Shown: positions 23,062 through 36,770, counted from the whole stretch's first letter. The stretch is DNA of 63,021 nt, filler included, from Sphacelaria rigidula (GCA_964200075.2; 8 parts of 8 records of this genome joined end to end with filler, not necessarily neighbours in it); one strand, 5' to 3'. The notes: generated by a model from the sequence alone, not told the origin. Program-made: numbers and translations.

Positions 23062-26000
23062 TAACGCTTACGCCGTTTCTTCCGGTTGGTTATTTCCTCT
23101 CCTTATTTGCAAATAACGAGTGAAAATAACAAGATGGCTACCTACGGTTGGTTATTTCACAAGATTCTCGGGAAAAACATACGAGCGGGGGGACATTTTA
23201 CGAGATGGGCGCTCCTGGCTTCTTGTTATTTTTGAAAAAATACGAGACGAGATTGACTTGTATTTTTCTCTCGTTTTCTCATTTGCGGCGCGGCGAGATT
23301 AGCTACGCCCGCCAGCCCTGAATATGTTTGTGCCCTTGGACATCTGCGGGGCTCTTCTGACAGCAATGTCGAACACCCCCAACGCCGTTTACACCGTGGA
23401 CCAAATTTTGCTTCGCCATCCCGGCGCACGCGAGATGTCGTAAGGGGCTGATGATCTATTGGCATCGATCGTTCTCTCGAAAACCTGGCCTCACGCTCGA
23501 TAAGACTTCTCTTAGAGCTTCCAATTCATGAAGTAAGCAACCGCGGCCTGTACCTTCAGGCTTAGGCTACACAGNNNNNNNNNNNNNNNNNNNNNNNNNN
23601 NNNNNNNNNNNNNNNNNNTTAATTAATTAANNNNNNNNNNNNNNNNNNNNNNNNNNNNNNNNNNNNNNNNNNNNATTAGCCTCCCTGCTTACGGCTCTAG
23701 GGCTGATAGTTTATCCTGAATACATAGTGCCTCATTCTGAAAACGGGAAAATACTTCATGTTCTTCAGGACATGAATCCAACAATATGTTACCAAGAACT
23801 GAAAAAGAAAACCCGATCCCGTCAGGAAAAAACCTTTCCAGCCACACACAGACGTCGCAAACTCGTCTACTCTAGCAATCGAAAGCTCAAATCCTGAATA
23901 TAATCAGTTGTTCGCAACCCATCCATGCTCCACTTCAACAATTGTTTGCGTCAGTCAGCACAAAACAAATAGATACATGTGTATCAATCTCAGTCATCAC
24001 CAGTTCCCAAATCTTCCTCGGAACAACTAAAAATCACACATGAATGCACAGTGGACACCCTTTTCATACTCCTCAGTTACCATGATGACATTCGAGAAAC
24101 ACACTCAATCTTCCAATACATGAATATGTCAAAAACGCACTATTCTCATGGTAACAAGATGCTGTTGTCTATGTGAAGTTCGATTCAACATACCGTCTAC
24201 AACATGGTCTACATCAGGCAAGTGTCTACAGTCAACATGTCCAGTGACCGAGATATCACTCCACTGAACAATAACATGACTCCTCGAAATAGTATGCAAA
24301 ATAAACACTGCGAAATGAAAACTTGCAGAAGTGGTGTGTGTTCCACTTCCCTTCGAGTTCGAGAACAAGATCCAAATTCAAATCGAATCAATTCAAGTTC
24401 AAATCGCTAAAACTAGATATATGCTCGAACACAAAAATATGTAGATTTTCCACCTGTCCCAACATAAGAACACAAGACCGGCTCCTGTTTGTACCACTCT
24501 GTTTGCTAGAAAAACAACATCAGCCTCCCTGATGTCGACTATCTATCAACTGCCTAGAATAGTTGATATAACCCACATCAGTGAAAACTTGTAAGCTTGG
24601 ATCCTTTTATGTCAGAACACGAAAAAATCTCTTTCGAACCTCGTTCACTTCATGGACCCTAGAATACCCAGAGAAAATTTATGTACCGGTACACTCGTGC
24701 ATTTCACAACGACTTGTACTGCTTATATCCTATCAGGGAGAAACTCGGAACATAAAACCAAACTCTGTAAACACTAAAAATATTGTAACCAAAATTAGCG
24801 GTTGATTAGTCCACTTAATTTCGAATTACTGATCTTTGATGAAAATTTCGCTCGTCATCCGGCCCGATAAATTCCCAAAATCGTCAAACTCATCGTCCCG
24901 CTCTTAGAATATTTTCTCTTTCACAAAAAATCAATCCCTGTACACTTAAGTCCAAGTGTATGCAAAGAAGTCAAACTAGGAGTTACTCTGCATAAACAGT
25001 ACACCCACACAAATATCAGGACGGATATTACTCCTTGAATAAACGCCACACCCTGGAGAGAACATAACATAAATTACTCCGTATTAAAACGCCCCCCCCG
25101 ATTCAATATTACATGTTGATTTTCAGGGAGTATTGCTTCCAGGTAGTACATGAAAACATAACATCGATGACCCCAGAGTCAATTGTCGTGAGTCATCCTG
25201 GTGCATAGTCAGTCCCGCATGTTGAACGGCGGGTGGGTAGTCAATTGTTTAGTGACACCAAAGACTAAAAACCGTTCCACTCTCGGAAGTATAATCGAGG
25301 TTGAATCCACGCCATGTTCTTTTCGCAATTGAAAATATCCAACCCAAAATCCAGAGCCGGTGAATCACGTTGTCAAAAACGTTTTAGCGCGGATCGCAAA
25401 ATATTAAACTCCCTCTCGAAATCCATAACCGACGGATCAAATTATCCAAAATACCCCGCCGTGGATCACCTCATTACATGATTTTTCTCCCAAAACACTC
25501 CGCTGTGGATAACCCCATCACATGAGTTCTCTTCGTTTTTAATTACCCGAAAAGAGAATCATGGAAGCAAATAGCCAATCACCCCCCCATTATTTTCTTC
25601 CTCGATAATTCCAAAATCATTGCAATCATGTGAAGGATCAAGTTAAAAAAATCATAACAAAAAAACTGTAGTACTTCGTAGGGCGTAGGGAACAAAAACT
25701 AGAACAACCAAACAAAAAATGCAACCACGGGACGTTTCACATGGTTGGCATGTCACGTTGCTGCGAACAACGAGACGGAAATATTCCGAATCAAATCCAA
25801 ACTCCCAAACAAATCAAATGATAAAAACCTAAATGCCAAAGCGTGTTTGGTTCCTGCCCTGGCACTTGCTAAGTCCCCCAAGCGGTTGTGTTGTCGTCGC
25901 CCAGGCCGCGGTCGCTGTTTCGGTTTGGTTCTTGCGGTGTCGCGGTTTGGGCTTCGTCATACTTTGTTTTGCACATCCGCCTGGGTTCGAAAGCAGTTCC

Positions 26001-27202
26001 CTCGCAATAAAAATTGGCTCGCAGCACCGGGGGCAGGGCACGCGTGCGGGAAGAAATAGTCGCAGAAATAAGTAGTCTGTTGTATTTCATGCAAAAAATC
26101 GTGAAATATTCGAAAACACCGTACATCCATCATATCAAAGATGAAATTACTCCCCTATAAATCCATGCGCCTTTCCTCGCAACGCTGTCAAAAACAATTC
26201 ACAGTATCATGCCGTGGGTACACAAAATCCGCCCTAACGGTTGTCGATGGCCCACTGCGCTTAACTTCCCTCGCGATAAAAAAACATGAGCATGCATCGC
26301 AGAAGGTGGAGTACTAAAACCAAACAAGGAACAAAACCAAATCCTGTGTTGACCCTCCTTTCAGACTCCGGCTAGTGTGCCCTCATATACCGAAAGGTAT
26401 AGACTGACGTCAAGAATGGATGGGACAACTCACACACGCAGTGCTACTTATATTTTGCAGGCTCGCCAGGACTATAACGATTCAACTGCAGCATGTTTGC
26501 ACAACAGTGTAAATTACACAAGCTCGTCAAGCTATACTATACTGTGAATCAATAATTTTGATTAACCGGGGGGGGAAACATGGAAATTTCAAGTAGTACA
26601 TGCTTGCTCAACGCGTTTCCTCTACATGCTTGGGGAACCATGTAAGCTCTACAAACAGTATAATGCTTGCCAAAATATACCCATGAATCCAAGATTGATC
26701 ACGCCGGGGGGGTAGGGGAGCATGATCAACAAATTCCACAAACTAAAATCAAATGGCATATCATTGGTCCGCATTTGCCTGCAGCACAAGAAACTGTACG
26801 TAGCAAACCGTAATGCAGCATGGTATGCAACCAAAATCGCCTGGAGTACAGTACACGGATGGCAGTTGAATATGAGATATTGCTGCGTGGTCATTCATAA
26901 CACTTCGCAATTCCGTTTCTGCTTGCAGTCGGCGCGCTCAACGTGCTTGATCAGCGTCCAATGTCCGACAACACAAAAACAACCGCATCTCATATCACCA
27001 GCCAATGTGATCTTACCCTCCTGTACTCTACATTACGGTCAATTGAAGTCCTGACTGTCAATCCATGCAGTTTGGAACACAAGCGATCGTCCATACAAGG
27101 CAAGATGTTGAGTGCTTCACTGAACAGTTCTACAGATCGTGCACAGTACAATGCAGTCCAACAGGGTAGAATGATCGGAAAGAAATCCCCAGTAAATTTG
27201 TT

Positions 27203-27792
27203 CGCCTAACATACCCCAGAATACCAAGCGCAGCACGCCAATGAAGGTGTTTTGGTGAGGCACAGTACCTCGCTACTGCACGTACTGCGTTAGATATGTC
27301 TGGCCTCCTTTGAGTTGCCAGCCACATCAGTGACCCGATCAGTTTCCGAAACGGAAATTCCGTTGCCTGCTCTTCTACACTGAACTCTTCAAGCTTCGCA
27401 CCAACAGTGATGGGGATACTCTTTCCTCACTCTACTCCGTATTCCTTCGCCAACTCTTCTGCGTACGTTTGTTGTGAAATTTTCAGAGTCCCCCTTGCAA
27501 TTTCTCTCTCATAGTACAGTCCAGAATACCAACGCAAATCCCCGAGGTTTTTGACTGGAACCATCGTGTTGAGATCTTTACTAAACTCGTCACATCTGTC
27601 CTCCTCCCCCACTGCGAATATATCATCTACATGTACTACAATGGTGATAATCACCCTGCCATCCTCAATCAACCGAAATACACATGAATCCGCCAAGCAC
27701 TGATCAAATCCTAAGACAAATAAACATTCCGCCAGATGATTATGCCACTGCCTACTTGCCTGTTTCAATCCGTACAAACTGTTTTTGAGAAA
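27203..27792 (-). mobile_element. Ty1/copia reverse transcriptase (RVT_2) fragment, pseudogenised
   Basis: LKNSLYGLKQASRQW..GFDQCLADSCVF..VHVDDIF..LGDLRWYSG..ISQQTY..*..FRKLIGSLMWLATQRRPDISNAV..HWRAALGILGYV; internal TGA at 27427-27429; both ends truncated. Confidence 0.95.
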
Positions 27793-30700
27793 ACCTTGAA
27801 GTCGCCTGTGCGAAGCGTAGCCTGATCCCCTGGGGGACTAAGCCTAAGACATGTAAATCCCTAGCAGTCCGTACATGAGCCCTGACCCAAGTCATGCTAG
27901 CAGAATAGGAAGACTCATGCACCGAGTGCACTGTCGCGGGAAGTTGTAGGCCTGCCATGGCCAGTTGAGACCAGATATCATTAATGTAATTGATTCACTC
28001 TCGTATTTGCCCACTCACACATACCACACACATGCTGAAACCACCACTGAATCAGAACTGACACACAACTGAATCAAGTGGGGCGGGAAATCGTTCATAC
28101 AAAATCATACGTCATGACCTATATTTTCGGCACGCGAAAAGGCGTGTGCCCCCAGTAGACTTGTACTGCAAGCACTAGATCGGGTATACCTCAAATAACA
28201 GAACTAGTCTCTTATTCGTACTTCCCCTGTATGTCATGATCCAATCTTGATATTCATTTCCCTCGTATCCAGGCAGATCCTGGAGCGTAAGTATAATCGA
28301 TTAAGCGTTTCCCGATCGGTGCTGGTTATCCTTGCAACCTGACCAAGCTTTCGCTTGTCCGCTATTTTTTCGTGCTGATTTACCGGAGATTCGAGGTGAC
28401 ATGCCTCAACAAGGCAGTGAGAGCGAACGCGTGGATTGCGATGTATCCCTCGTGTTGTGGGTGGGATGTGGGTATTCTGGCTTGTCTCTTTGATGGACAA
28501 GAACGTTGAGAGTTTTGAGATACGTCTGTGTGTACCTGAGAAGTGTCTTATACGCTGGGCAATGGGCTCTGTAATTGAACATTCCCGCCACTATAGCCCC
28601 GGATATATGTGGATTTCAAAGTCCACTGTCAGCTACAAGGGACTAGCATGGCCTCCTGCCGATAGCTATTATTGTGGTCGACAACAGACTCAGGAAAATG
28701 GACACAACGCATCATCGCCGTAGCAATGGAGTGGGCAACTCGTCTATCGATACGTTCTATCTGTCTCAATAGCCTCTAATTTGCGGCCACCAATGCCTAT
28801 TGCTGGTCGCAGCAGTGCCGCGTTCCGGTGGTTCAATCGTACAACCGACATCACTGGGGTGGAAGGAACGCGTATTCGATTCCCGCGAGATGCGTTAGAG
28901 TTTTTTCTTCAAAGTATCCGATTCGCGCTGTTGAGGGCATGTTGAGAGCATGAGGACGTGAGTAACAAGAAGAGTTTTAATGGGTCTGTTCAACGAGAGT
29001 TGACGTGGTGTGGGAGTGCTGATGGTCATGATCCAATCCTGTGATGGTAAATGACCGCGTGCGTGGATTAAACTTATACTCTGGATGTTGTGACAATCGT
29101 TCCCAAAAAAGAGAATTCTAGTCGAATGTGTGCGTGTAAAGTAAAACTTGGATTAAGCAGATGATTGATTAAGCAGCGCCGCCGAGGTAGGTACGTCTTG
29201 ATGAGTTTGTAGACGGGAGATCAGTCTCTACATGATTGGCCATATGGGCTCGTTGCTGCTTAAGCTTTGATTGGCCAAAAGCACGACTCGTCAGGCTGAT
29301 TTTGTAATATGGCATACGCGTGGCCGGAGAAAGGTTTTGCAACCCACAGCCCCCGCCAGACACTCGTCCTCTCCGACCACATCAGTCTACCTCCTTTTGG
29401 ATACAGGGCTACAGTAGAACGACAATCAATCAAACCACCAAGTCATCAACAGCACCGCTGACGTCTCCCTTCTACTGGGTCTCCGAGTCCATAGCCTGGC
29501 CAACGTGGGGTGTTAGGCTGTGTGTAACATAATAAGACTTTTTGTACATCTTTACCCTTGGATTGTTGATTTAAAAGGACTGGTCACTGATCCCAAACAG
29601 CTGTTGCTGTGGTGTGCACGTGAGAAGGATTGCCTGGAGCGGGCAGGGGTATCACGAATTTATTCAGGACAAGCTTGCTATCATCCCTTCATTGGGGGTG
29701 CGGCTTGCTCACACTACCACAATCCGGGATACCAAAAGGCAAGGTGTGCGGCGGGGAAGAAAGAGATTGACCCTCGTAAGACCACAGGCTCGTCCCGACG
29801 AATGAAAGAGGTTGAAAGTGTGTCGGAAAAAAAAACTGATCACGACCGCCAAGGTCTACAGCTTGTGACAATAGGGTCTGAATCGCGGCCAGCAATGTCT
29901 AATGCTGGCCATAGTCATACCATGGTAGGGGTCCACATTCAGCCGTAGATGTTTCTAAAACAGGGGTCAGGAGCTACAAAAAAAAAAGATCAGGACATGC
30001 CCGTTTCGAAAATCATTTGGGATATCCCTACGAGCTGGACCAGCCGTAAGACGTAGAAACGCACATCACACAACAACTTCTCAAGTTTCCTGAATCAGAC
30101 CGATTTAAGGGCTCACCTCCCACAGACAGGGGTGACTCAAGTGAATAAAAATATTTTCGCGCGAAGCGCGATTATGGCCGAGCGTTTAAAAATTGGCACT
30201 CGGCAAAAATTGAGGACCCGTCTGAAATCAGGCGAAGAGTCATCACATGGGGGACATGTGCTGTATCACTGTGCTGCAGCACAAACATCCTCATGCCCTC
30301 TCTCGTGTGCTCTTGCCGTCATGACGCTGTGGTGTGTTCAGATTCTTCGCAAAGGCGGTTTGGTGTCCGCTGGGGCTTTATTGCCACTGCGTTCGTCTCT
30401 ATAGAAAGTATTGTTAGTCGGCACGCAGTGCTGTCTACACACTGTTGAAACCTTCATGGTGTGTTGGCTGTTTCGTCTTCCGTCAAACGAACAAGGCGCT
30501 TCCCATACCCACCATTTCTATGTTGTGGTTGCTGTTGTGCTGTTGTGCAGTTGAATACCCTACGACGGACTCAGTGTGATGTGCGCTGGAGAGGGCCTGA
30601 ACAGCTGCATGCCGTGTTTAGGTCTGCACAGAATTGGGGTGGGATCAAAGTGCTGTCTATACAAAAGTTGAAACAAGGGCAATGGCCTGGGAAAGGTATA

Positions 30701-31639
30701 CCTTATCGGGTTTTGGCCAAGAAAGGTACGAATAGTGGCCAGAAACGCGAAAACAGCAAAACACATTATCTAAACCGATTTCGCTCCGAATTCTTCACGC
30801 ACAGCAATCGAGGGGCTCCTCGGCACCCAGGCCTCAGAAAAAAAACAAAAAAAAACATCTTACTCGCGAGATATGGCCATGCGCAGAAGGACGTCTCGCC
30901 TCCAGAAATCACCTACTTCCCCTTTCTAGGCCAAATTCCGGCCAGGTTTACCTGACCTTTCTTTTTATTATTGTAATCATTATTTCCGCACATTAGTCCG
31001 ATCTCGCGAACCCGTGGTCACAGACGTAGGCTCGCCTTTCCAATACCGTTTCCTGCTATTTCTTACAAGACACATTACCAAAAAATGAAAATAAGAAGAG
31101 ATACGCCACGAAAACCGGTGAGAAGTAGCTCCCCCGAGTTCAACGGGGAGAGAAAAGAAAGAAAGAAAAACAAACAAACAAACACACAAATAATAAACGC
31201 CATATCTGTCAAAAATGTACACCGAAAGAAAGGGAGAGAGGAGATAACAAAGGACAAAACAGGAAAAGACAGGTGACACATGGAGATAAGTATGGCCACC
31301 ATGTTCGGGTTCAACTTAAAAACAAACAAGCAACCCCAGGCACCCTCATAGACGACTACCACAGCTGTTCGGAGAACGGCGGCAGCGAGTGTACTGCCCG
31401 AATGGACTACGAGCTGGGCCAGCCTAGAGGCTGCATGAACGTTTGCAGGCGGATGCGCCGGCCAANNNNNNNNNNNNNNNNNNNNNNNNNNNNNNNNNNN
31501 NNNNNNNNNTTAATTAATTAANNNNNNNNNNNNNNNNNNNNNNNNNNNNNNNNNNNNNNNNNNNNTGGAAAGGCAAGTCTACGTCTGTGACCACGGGTTC
31601 GCGAGATCGGACTAATGTGCGGAAATAATAATAATAATA

Positions 31640-32545
31640 TTTCAAAGCTCAAATTTTCATGCTCGCTAACTTCCCATCTATGTATGATGCACACCGACAA
31701 AGTATGAAGGGAGAAGAGCTGCCGCTCCGTGTACCAAGAGAGGCACAGAAAACTCAAGGTAGAGAGCGTGTACGGGAACAGACAACATCATGGCGACTCT
31801 ATTATGTCCTAATGTTTGTGAGCTGTGTTGAGTCTATCGGTACCGCCATCTATGTGCACCATACCGTCTCCACAGCATCCGCCCGCTGTTTGAAAGAACG
31901 TTGAGAACGTGTTACCCCAACGGTGGGTCTTCTCTTTCGTCGGCATAATTTTCACTTCAGAAATGCCCACCCTGGCGATCAAGAGGTTGATATTGAAAGC
32001 TGGCCGCAGAAAGGGGTCACGCTACCCGGGGGGATCAGTGGAATGTGATCCTCCAGTGATGCCCATAGACGAAGGGAGGAACACAGCGGGAGAGGGGACG
32101 AGAAAAGGAAGACACTGCACTGTACTGTCCGTACAGCATTGTACAATCCTGTGTTGTAGCTGGGCTTTCGTGTATCTTCATTGACAATGTATCCTCCTGT
32201 CTGTGGGTTATCGCTCATTTTGCTGTAGAGACGGTATGGTGCACATAGATGGCGGTACTGATAGACTCAACACAGCTCACAAACATAAGCACAACCGTAC
32301 ACGCCATCCTCTCTACCTTGAGTTTTCTGTTCCTCTCTGTGCACACGGAGCGGCAGCTCTTCCCCCTTCATACTTCGTCGGTGTGCATCATACATAGATG
32401 GGAAGTTAGCGAGCATAAAAATTTTAGCTTTGATATAATCGACACAGAGCATTTTTTTATGTTCGAGCTGGCAGGGGGAAGTCACGCAGACGCGACCACG
32501 CGACGGGCAGTGAGAGATAAGAGAGAGTGCGACATCATGTTACTG
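31640..32545. mobile_element. Non-autonomous long-TIR (foldback) DNA element; arms ~31640-31882 and ~32220-32545
   Basis: atgctcgctaacttcccatctatgtatgatgcacaccgac..ggtaccgccatctatgtgcaccataccgtctc.acagca is present in both orientations; same family as 48775-50645. Confidence 0.85.
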
Positions 32546-32849
32546 TTGTACTGCTGACTATATTTTGCGTTGGTTGTGCTGGCTCCGATTGAAAGTGTGA
32601 TCCAAGTCCTCACGGTCGGGGTGGTTATGCGGCACAGGCCAGCCGCACGTGTTTTGCCATCATCCGAGGGTGTAGATGGTGCACCAAGGTGCGTATCTAA
32701 TTTTTTCGGGCAAAAACGTATCGCAACATCACCCATGTGGATATAGTTCAAGATCAAAAATCATTTCTCGCGCCACTGTTGCACATACTACACTGTCAAC
32801 GTCGTCGCCTCACCGCATTTTCAATCCCCCGGACCCAACAATACGACTG

Positions 32850-35800
32850 CTAATTACCACCACCACCGCGCCCGCCACCGGCTGCAGCTACAAGCCGCCC
32901 CGCAAGCTGTGAGGCAATCAGATCAGACCTCATCTGCGCGTCCGTGTATCTTTCCAAAGCTCGCGACAAGCTGCTGCTCTCGCCTGTCCCCACCCCCTCA
33001 TCGCCGTCACCAGCAGGCTTTTGCCCGCCGGCCCTACGTCGCTCCCTAGCCACGATTTCCACGGCCTCCATTTCTTCCCGCAGCGCTTTCGCGGTGGCCA
33101 TGACCAAGGTTCGCCCTTCCTCCGACGCATGATTCGCGAACGCACTCACGCCGTCCGGTAGGGCGCCAGCGGTGACCTGAAGCAGCACGGTCGAAGCGCC
33201 GGCAGAGTCTCCAGAGCGTAGCGTGCATTCCGCGGTGCGCTCCGAGCAATCCACCACAAGGGCGGCGGCACCGCCCGCCCAGGGTTCGGGCAGGACGGTG
33301 AGAGAGGATAAGGTCCGTACGGCCTGCGGCAGCGCCGCAAGGCTGGTTGAGTCCGAGTGTAAGAGTAGATCGAGCCGCGTTCCCACGTCGAACAGGCCGA
33401 GGTGATGGTGTTGGCGATAGTGGGGATATTGCAAACTGGCGCAGTTCTCGGGTTCAGCGTCACCGCAGCCAGCTCCGTCGACACTACTCCCGCTGGGTAG
33501 CTGGCATGACGTATTTGAACCCTTTCGCCCGAAATCTGATGATGCGGCATATCGCGAAGGTGACGGCTCTGTTGGGGTCGTCGGCAACAACGGGGTGAGG
33601 AACTGCGTGTCTCCTGATGCCGACCCTAGGATACCCACGCCGAGCATGTCCTGGGGAGAAACGAGTACACGTGCGAACACAGCAGAGGAATTCACGCGCG
33701 AGACGTCCTCCTCAGCCGCCGTCTCTGCTGCCGTGGAGGGCTTCCCTTCCGTGTCGTTGGCGGTGGATACGGGGTTGCTGCACTCCCAAGACCACTGACA
33801 CGAGGCATAGAGCGCGACGGTGCCATCTGAGAGTTCTTCCACTGCCGAGGTTCCGGCACCGGACGACAGCAAGCCTGTCGGCACCTCAACGCAAGCGCGA
33901 ATTGTTGCGGACGCCCCTGGAGCCAAGCGTGGACAAACTGCGCTACGGGTGCTGAGGCGTCCCGAAGGAGATGCCACGGACAAACATACATTGACCGCTG
34001 CGCTCTTCCCTGGCCCTCGGTCCGGCCCCGTCATTGTGGCGGTGGCATCATCCTTGATGCCGTAATGATCGTGCGGGCTCTCAACGTGAGCGTCAAGGCA
34101 TAGAGTTCGCGATGGGGCATGAAAACGGACGCGATCTACAGCGCAACGCAGCGGCTGCCGGGGGGTGACGTTCGGGGCCGTCGGCGGGCTCGATGCAGGT
34201 GTTGCTGTGGGAACAGCCCCAGGGAAACAAGGGACTAGCCCCTCGCTGAATTTTTCGACGGCAGAGCACAGCAGCCCGGGAACCTCGCCGACGCTACCAC
34301 CGTCGGCGGTTCCATCCACCTGTGCCATCAAAGACAACCTCGCGGCGTTCAACAAGGCCGTCTTTCCCCGTTGTGCCTGTCGTAACCGTAGTAGACGAGC
34401 TTCCTCCGCCTGCACGCGTCGGCGGAGAACACCTACAACGGCTGAGAGGCGGCCAAGTCTACAGTCATCACCGACGCCACCGTCCCTACAGTCACTCCCC
34501 GAGCCTGCGGCCACATTACTTGCCCTCACGCTTTTGTCTATCTGTCGTTTATCGTCAGCAGTATTGCCACCACTCTCCGTCCGCTGTCGCTTCCGTCCTG
34601 TTGCCGTTGCCTTTGAAATGCTCGCCGCAGCTACATCTGCCGCGTCGTTCCCAGATCGCCTGACGTCAATTATATCAATTACTCCAGCCCCCGGGAGAGC
34701 GGCGAGGTCATCGCGCAGGCCCTGGCCCCACACGCATGAGCAGTCCGTGACCAGCGCTCGTTTAACCTGAGACTTGAGCGGCAGTTGCTCCCACTCCGCT
34801 CCAGATTCAAACAATGCTGTCGCATCCTCCGCTGACTTTGGCCCCAAGGAGACTTGCGAAAGTAGCGCCACTTGCTCTCGCCCGTTCCCAAGAAAGTCGC
34901 CAGTAAACACGGCCGCAACACCTCGATACTCTTCCACAACTGGGAAATCGCAGCCGTCGCGAGCCAGCAGCAGCGCGGTGCCATCGGAGTCCTCGAGCAG
35001 CACTACCAACACACCTCTCCCGTCGTCGACAGCTGCCGTTACTACTGCTGATGGCGGGGCTGGAAGTGAGCGAGCACAGGACAGAGCACCGCCTTCTTGA
35101 AGTTCTAACAATGCCCCCCGTTCCCCGCCACTGGCAACCCTTGAAGTGTGTGCTCTTCGATCCCTGTCATCCGTTACACCGACGTACACAATAGGAGGCA
35201 CAGGATGCAGCACCAGCCCACCGGCATGATCAACTCCGGGCGTTGCGTCGGCAAGACTGACAATCCCAGAATCGGTCGCCGGAGCCGGACACAGACACAT
35301 AAGCGAGCTTCCCCACTCGGAGGGAGGGTCATACAGCGGCGAAAGGAGAGCCCGCCCTCCTTGGTCAAATGCCAGCGAGGCCCAGCTACTCATGTACCGT
35401 GAGTGGATGGAATGTGGGCCGGTTGCCGCTTCCGATGCCGCCGCCGTTACCGGGGCTGCAGCTACGGTAGGGAGTGCTACAATACCAGCCCTACCTTCGG
35501 CGACGGCAACGGCGCTTTTGAAGCCCCGACCTTCGGATGGTGAGAACCCAGCTTCCGCATGGACCGAATAGCATTCACTCGGCGGACACACAAGAACGGC
35601 GCCGCCGCCGCGCTTCTTCGAGCCAGAATCGTCTCCGCCTGACGGCAACTCACGCTTGCCATCGTTCGCACCGTCCAGGTCCAAGCGGAAGCTGCTCTCG
35701 GTACTAGATTTTCCAGGGCGGGATCCAAAAACGCTGTTGTGCTCTCGATCCCTTCTCACCGCCGTCCCATTCCCGCTCGAAGAATGCAAAGCTATCGGCG

Positions 35801-36770
35801 GCATCGTAGCACGTTGGCCGCGAAACGAACGCATCGTCAGTGTTCCTGTACCGTCATCTGGCTCTGACCGAAAGATTTCCAGCCCTCGCCAATGCTCGCC
35901 CGGTCGTGCGGCGGGCCGGTGAAGTACGACGGGGCCGTCCATTATGTCGAATCCACGCGGCAGTTCGCCGACGGCCACTTGTTCTACGCACCGCCCGCTG
36001 GCATCACTGCCTCCACTGCGTCCATCGCCGCGTGCGCCGCCACCACAACCTTTCTCATTATCTGAGGAGGGAACCGAAAGGCAGAAAGTGTTCACGGAGA
36101 GGGCCGAGAAAAGATCGTTGGGTGACAGTGTGACGAGGTGAGCAGTATCCACCGACTGTGGTCGCTCGAAGCGGGAGGTCGTATCGCGACTGTCTTCTCC
36201 GCTCACAGTTGTCGATGGACCCCCATCGCTACCACTACTGGCACCATGAGACGCAGCGCTTTCGTACAGCAATACAAACACGCAGCGGCAACGCAAGGCA
36301 GCGTGCATCGCCACCTTGGTGGCAACCACTTTGGCGGTTGGGAGGAATGTTAAGCGCGCTCCTCGCCCGGCCGAGCGGCCGTTGCTTCCGCTCCCTCTAG
36401 CCGTAACCAGAGACACAGGGCGTGATCTGCCCCCAAACCGCCGTTTGACGGAATCAAATCGAGACTCCGACATATGGAGGGCGCTCTCATTGATTCCTGC
36501 TACCGGCCGTGACGCCATACTCTTGTCTTTCCCAGCGCTGTGGGCAGACGACCCCCGCTGTTGTTGCTGTGTCGCCTCTGCTGGCGCGAGGTACGCCTGA
36601 ACGAGGGCTGCATTTGTGCTGGCAACAGGCCCGTAATGTGAGAGAGTGGCCACATCTTCTTTCGAAGACCGGCGTGATTTCTTTTTGAGATGCGATCCAC
36701 CCCTCGGCTGTGTCGGCGGAGCCATTGGACCTTCTGGCCTGGTTAGACACTGAGTGTTGTCACCGGTCAT
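32850..36770 (-). CDS. FANCB: Fanconi anemia group B (FANCB)-like protein, single long exon (1306 aa)
   Basis: Uninterrupted 3.9-kb ORF; FANCB-like motifs FDIMDGPVVL and VEEYRGVAAVFTGDFLGNGREQVALL..ALVTD; followed by a coiled coil (LRRRVQAEEARLLRLRQ) and a beta-rich region. Confidence 0.7.
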   Translation of the reverse strand: MTGDNTQCLTRPEGPMAPPTQPRGGSHLKKKSRRSSKEDVATLSHYGPVASTNAALVQAYLAPAEATQQQQRGSSAHSAGKDKSMASRPVAGINESALHMSESRFDSVKRRFGGRSRPVSLVTARGSGSNGRSAGRGARLTFLPTAKVVATKVAMHAALRCRCVFVLLYESAASHGASSGSDGGPSTTVSGEDSRDTTSRFERPQSVDTAHLVTLSPNDLFSALSVNTFCLSVPSSDNEKGCGGGARGDGRSGGSDASGRCVEQVAVGELPRGFDIMDGPVVLHRPAARPGEHWRGLEIFRSEPDDGTGTLTMRSFRGQRATMPPIALHSSSGNGTAVRRDREHNSVFGSRPGKSSTESSFRLDLDGANDGKRELPSGGDDSGSKKRGGGAVLVCPPSECYSVHAEAGFSPSEGRGFKSAVAVAEGRAGIVALPTVAAAPVTAAASEAATGPHSIHSRYMSSWASLAFDQGGRALLSPLYDPPSEWGSSLMCLCPAPATDSGIVSLADATPGVDHAGGLVLHPVPPIVYVGVTDDRDRRAHTSRVASGGERGALLELQEGGALSCARSLPAPPSAVVTAAVDDGRGVLVVLLEDSDGTALLLARDGCDFPVVEEYRGVAAVFTGDFLGNGREQVALLSQVSLGPKSAEDATALFESGAEWEQLPLKSQVKRALVTDCSCVWGQGLRDDLAALPGAGVIDIIDVRRSGNDAADVAAASISKATATGRKRQRTESGGNTADDKRQIDKSVRASNVAAGSGSDCRDGGVGDDCRLGRLSAVVGVLRRRVQAEEARLLRLRQAQRGKTALLNAARLSLMAQVDGTADGGSVGEVPGLLCSAVEKFSEGLVPCFPGAVPTATPASSPPTAPNVTPRQPLRCAVDRVRFHAPSRTLCLDAHVESPHDHYGIKDDATATMTGPDRGPGKSAAVNVCLSVASPSGRLSTRSAVCPRLAPGASATIRACVEVPTGLLSSGAGTSAVEELSDGTVALYASCQWSWECSNPVSTANDTEGKPSTAAETAAEEDVSRVNSSAVFARVLVSPQDMLGVGILGSASGDTQFLTPLLPTTPTEPSPSRYAASSDFGRKGSNTSCQLPSGSSVDGAGCGDAEPENCASLQYPHYRQHHHLGLFDVGTRLDLLLHSDSTSLAALPQAVRTLSSLTVLPEPWAGGAAALVVDCSERTAECTLRSGDSAGASTVLLQVTAGALPDGVSAFANHASEEGRTLVMATAKALREEMEAVEIVARERRRAGGQKPAGDGDEGVGTGESSSLSRALERYTDAQMRSDLIASQLAGRLVAAAGGGRGGGGN

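Noticed and set aside
23675-26430. ORF-poor, strand-skewed region, perhaps a decayed LTR element
   Set aside because: No gag/pol motif, LTR pair or convincing PBS could be identified
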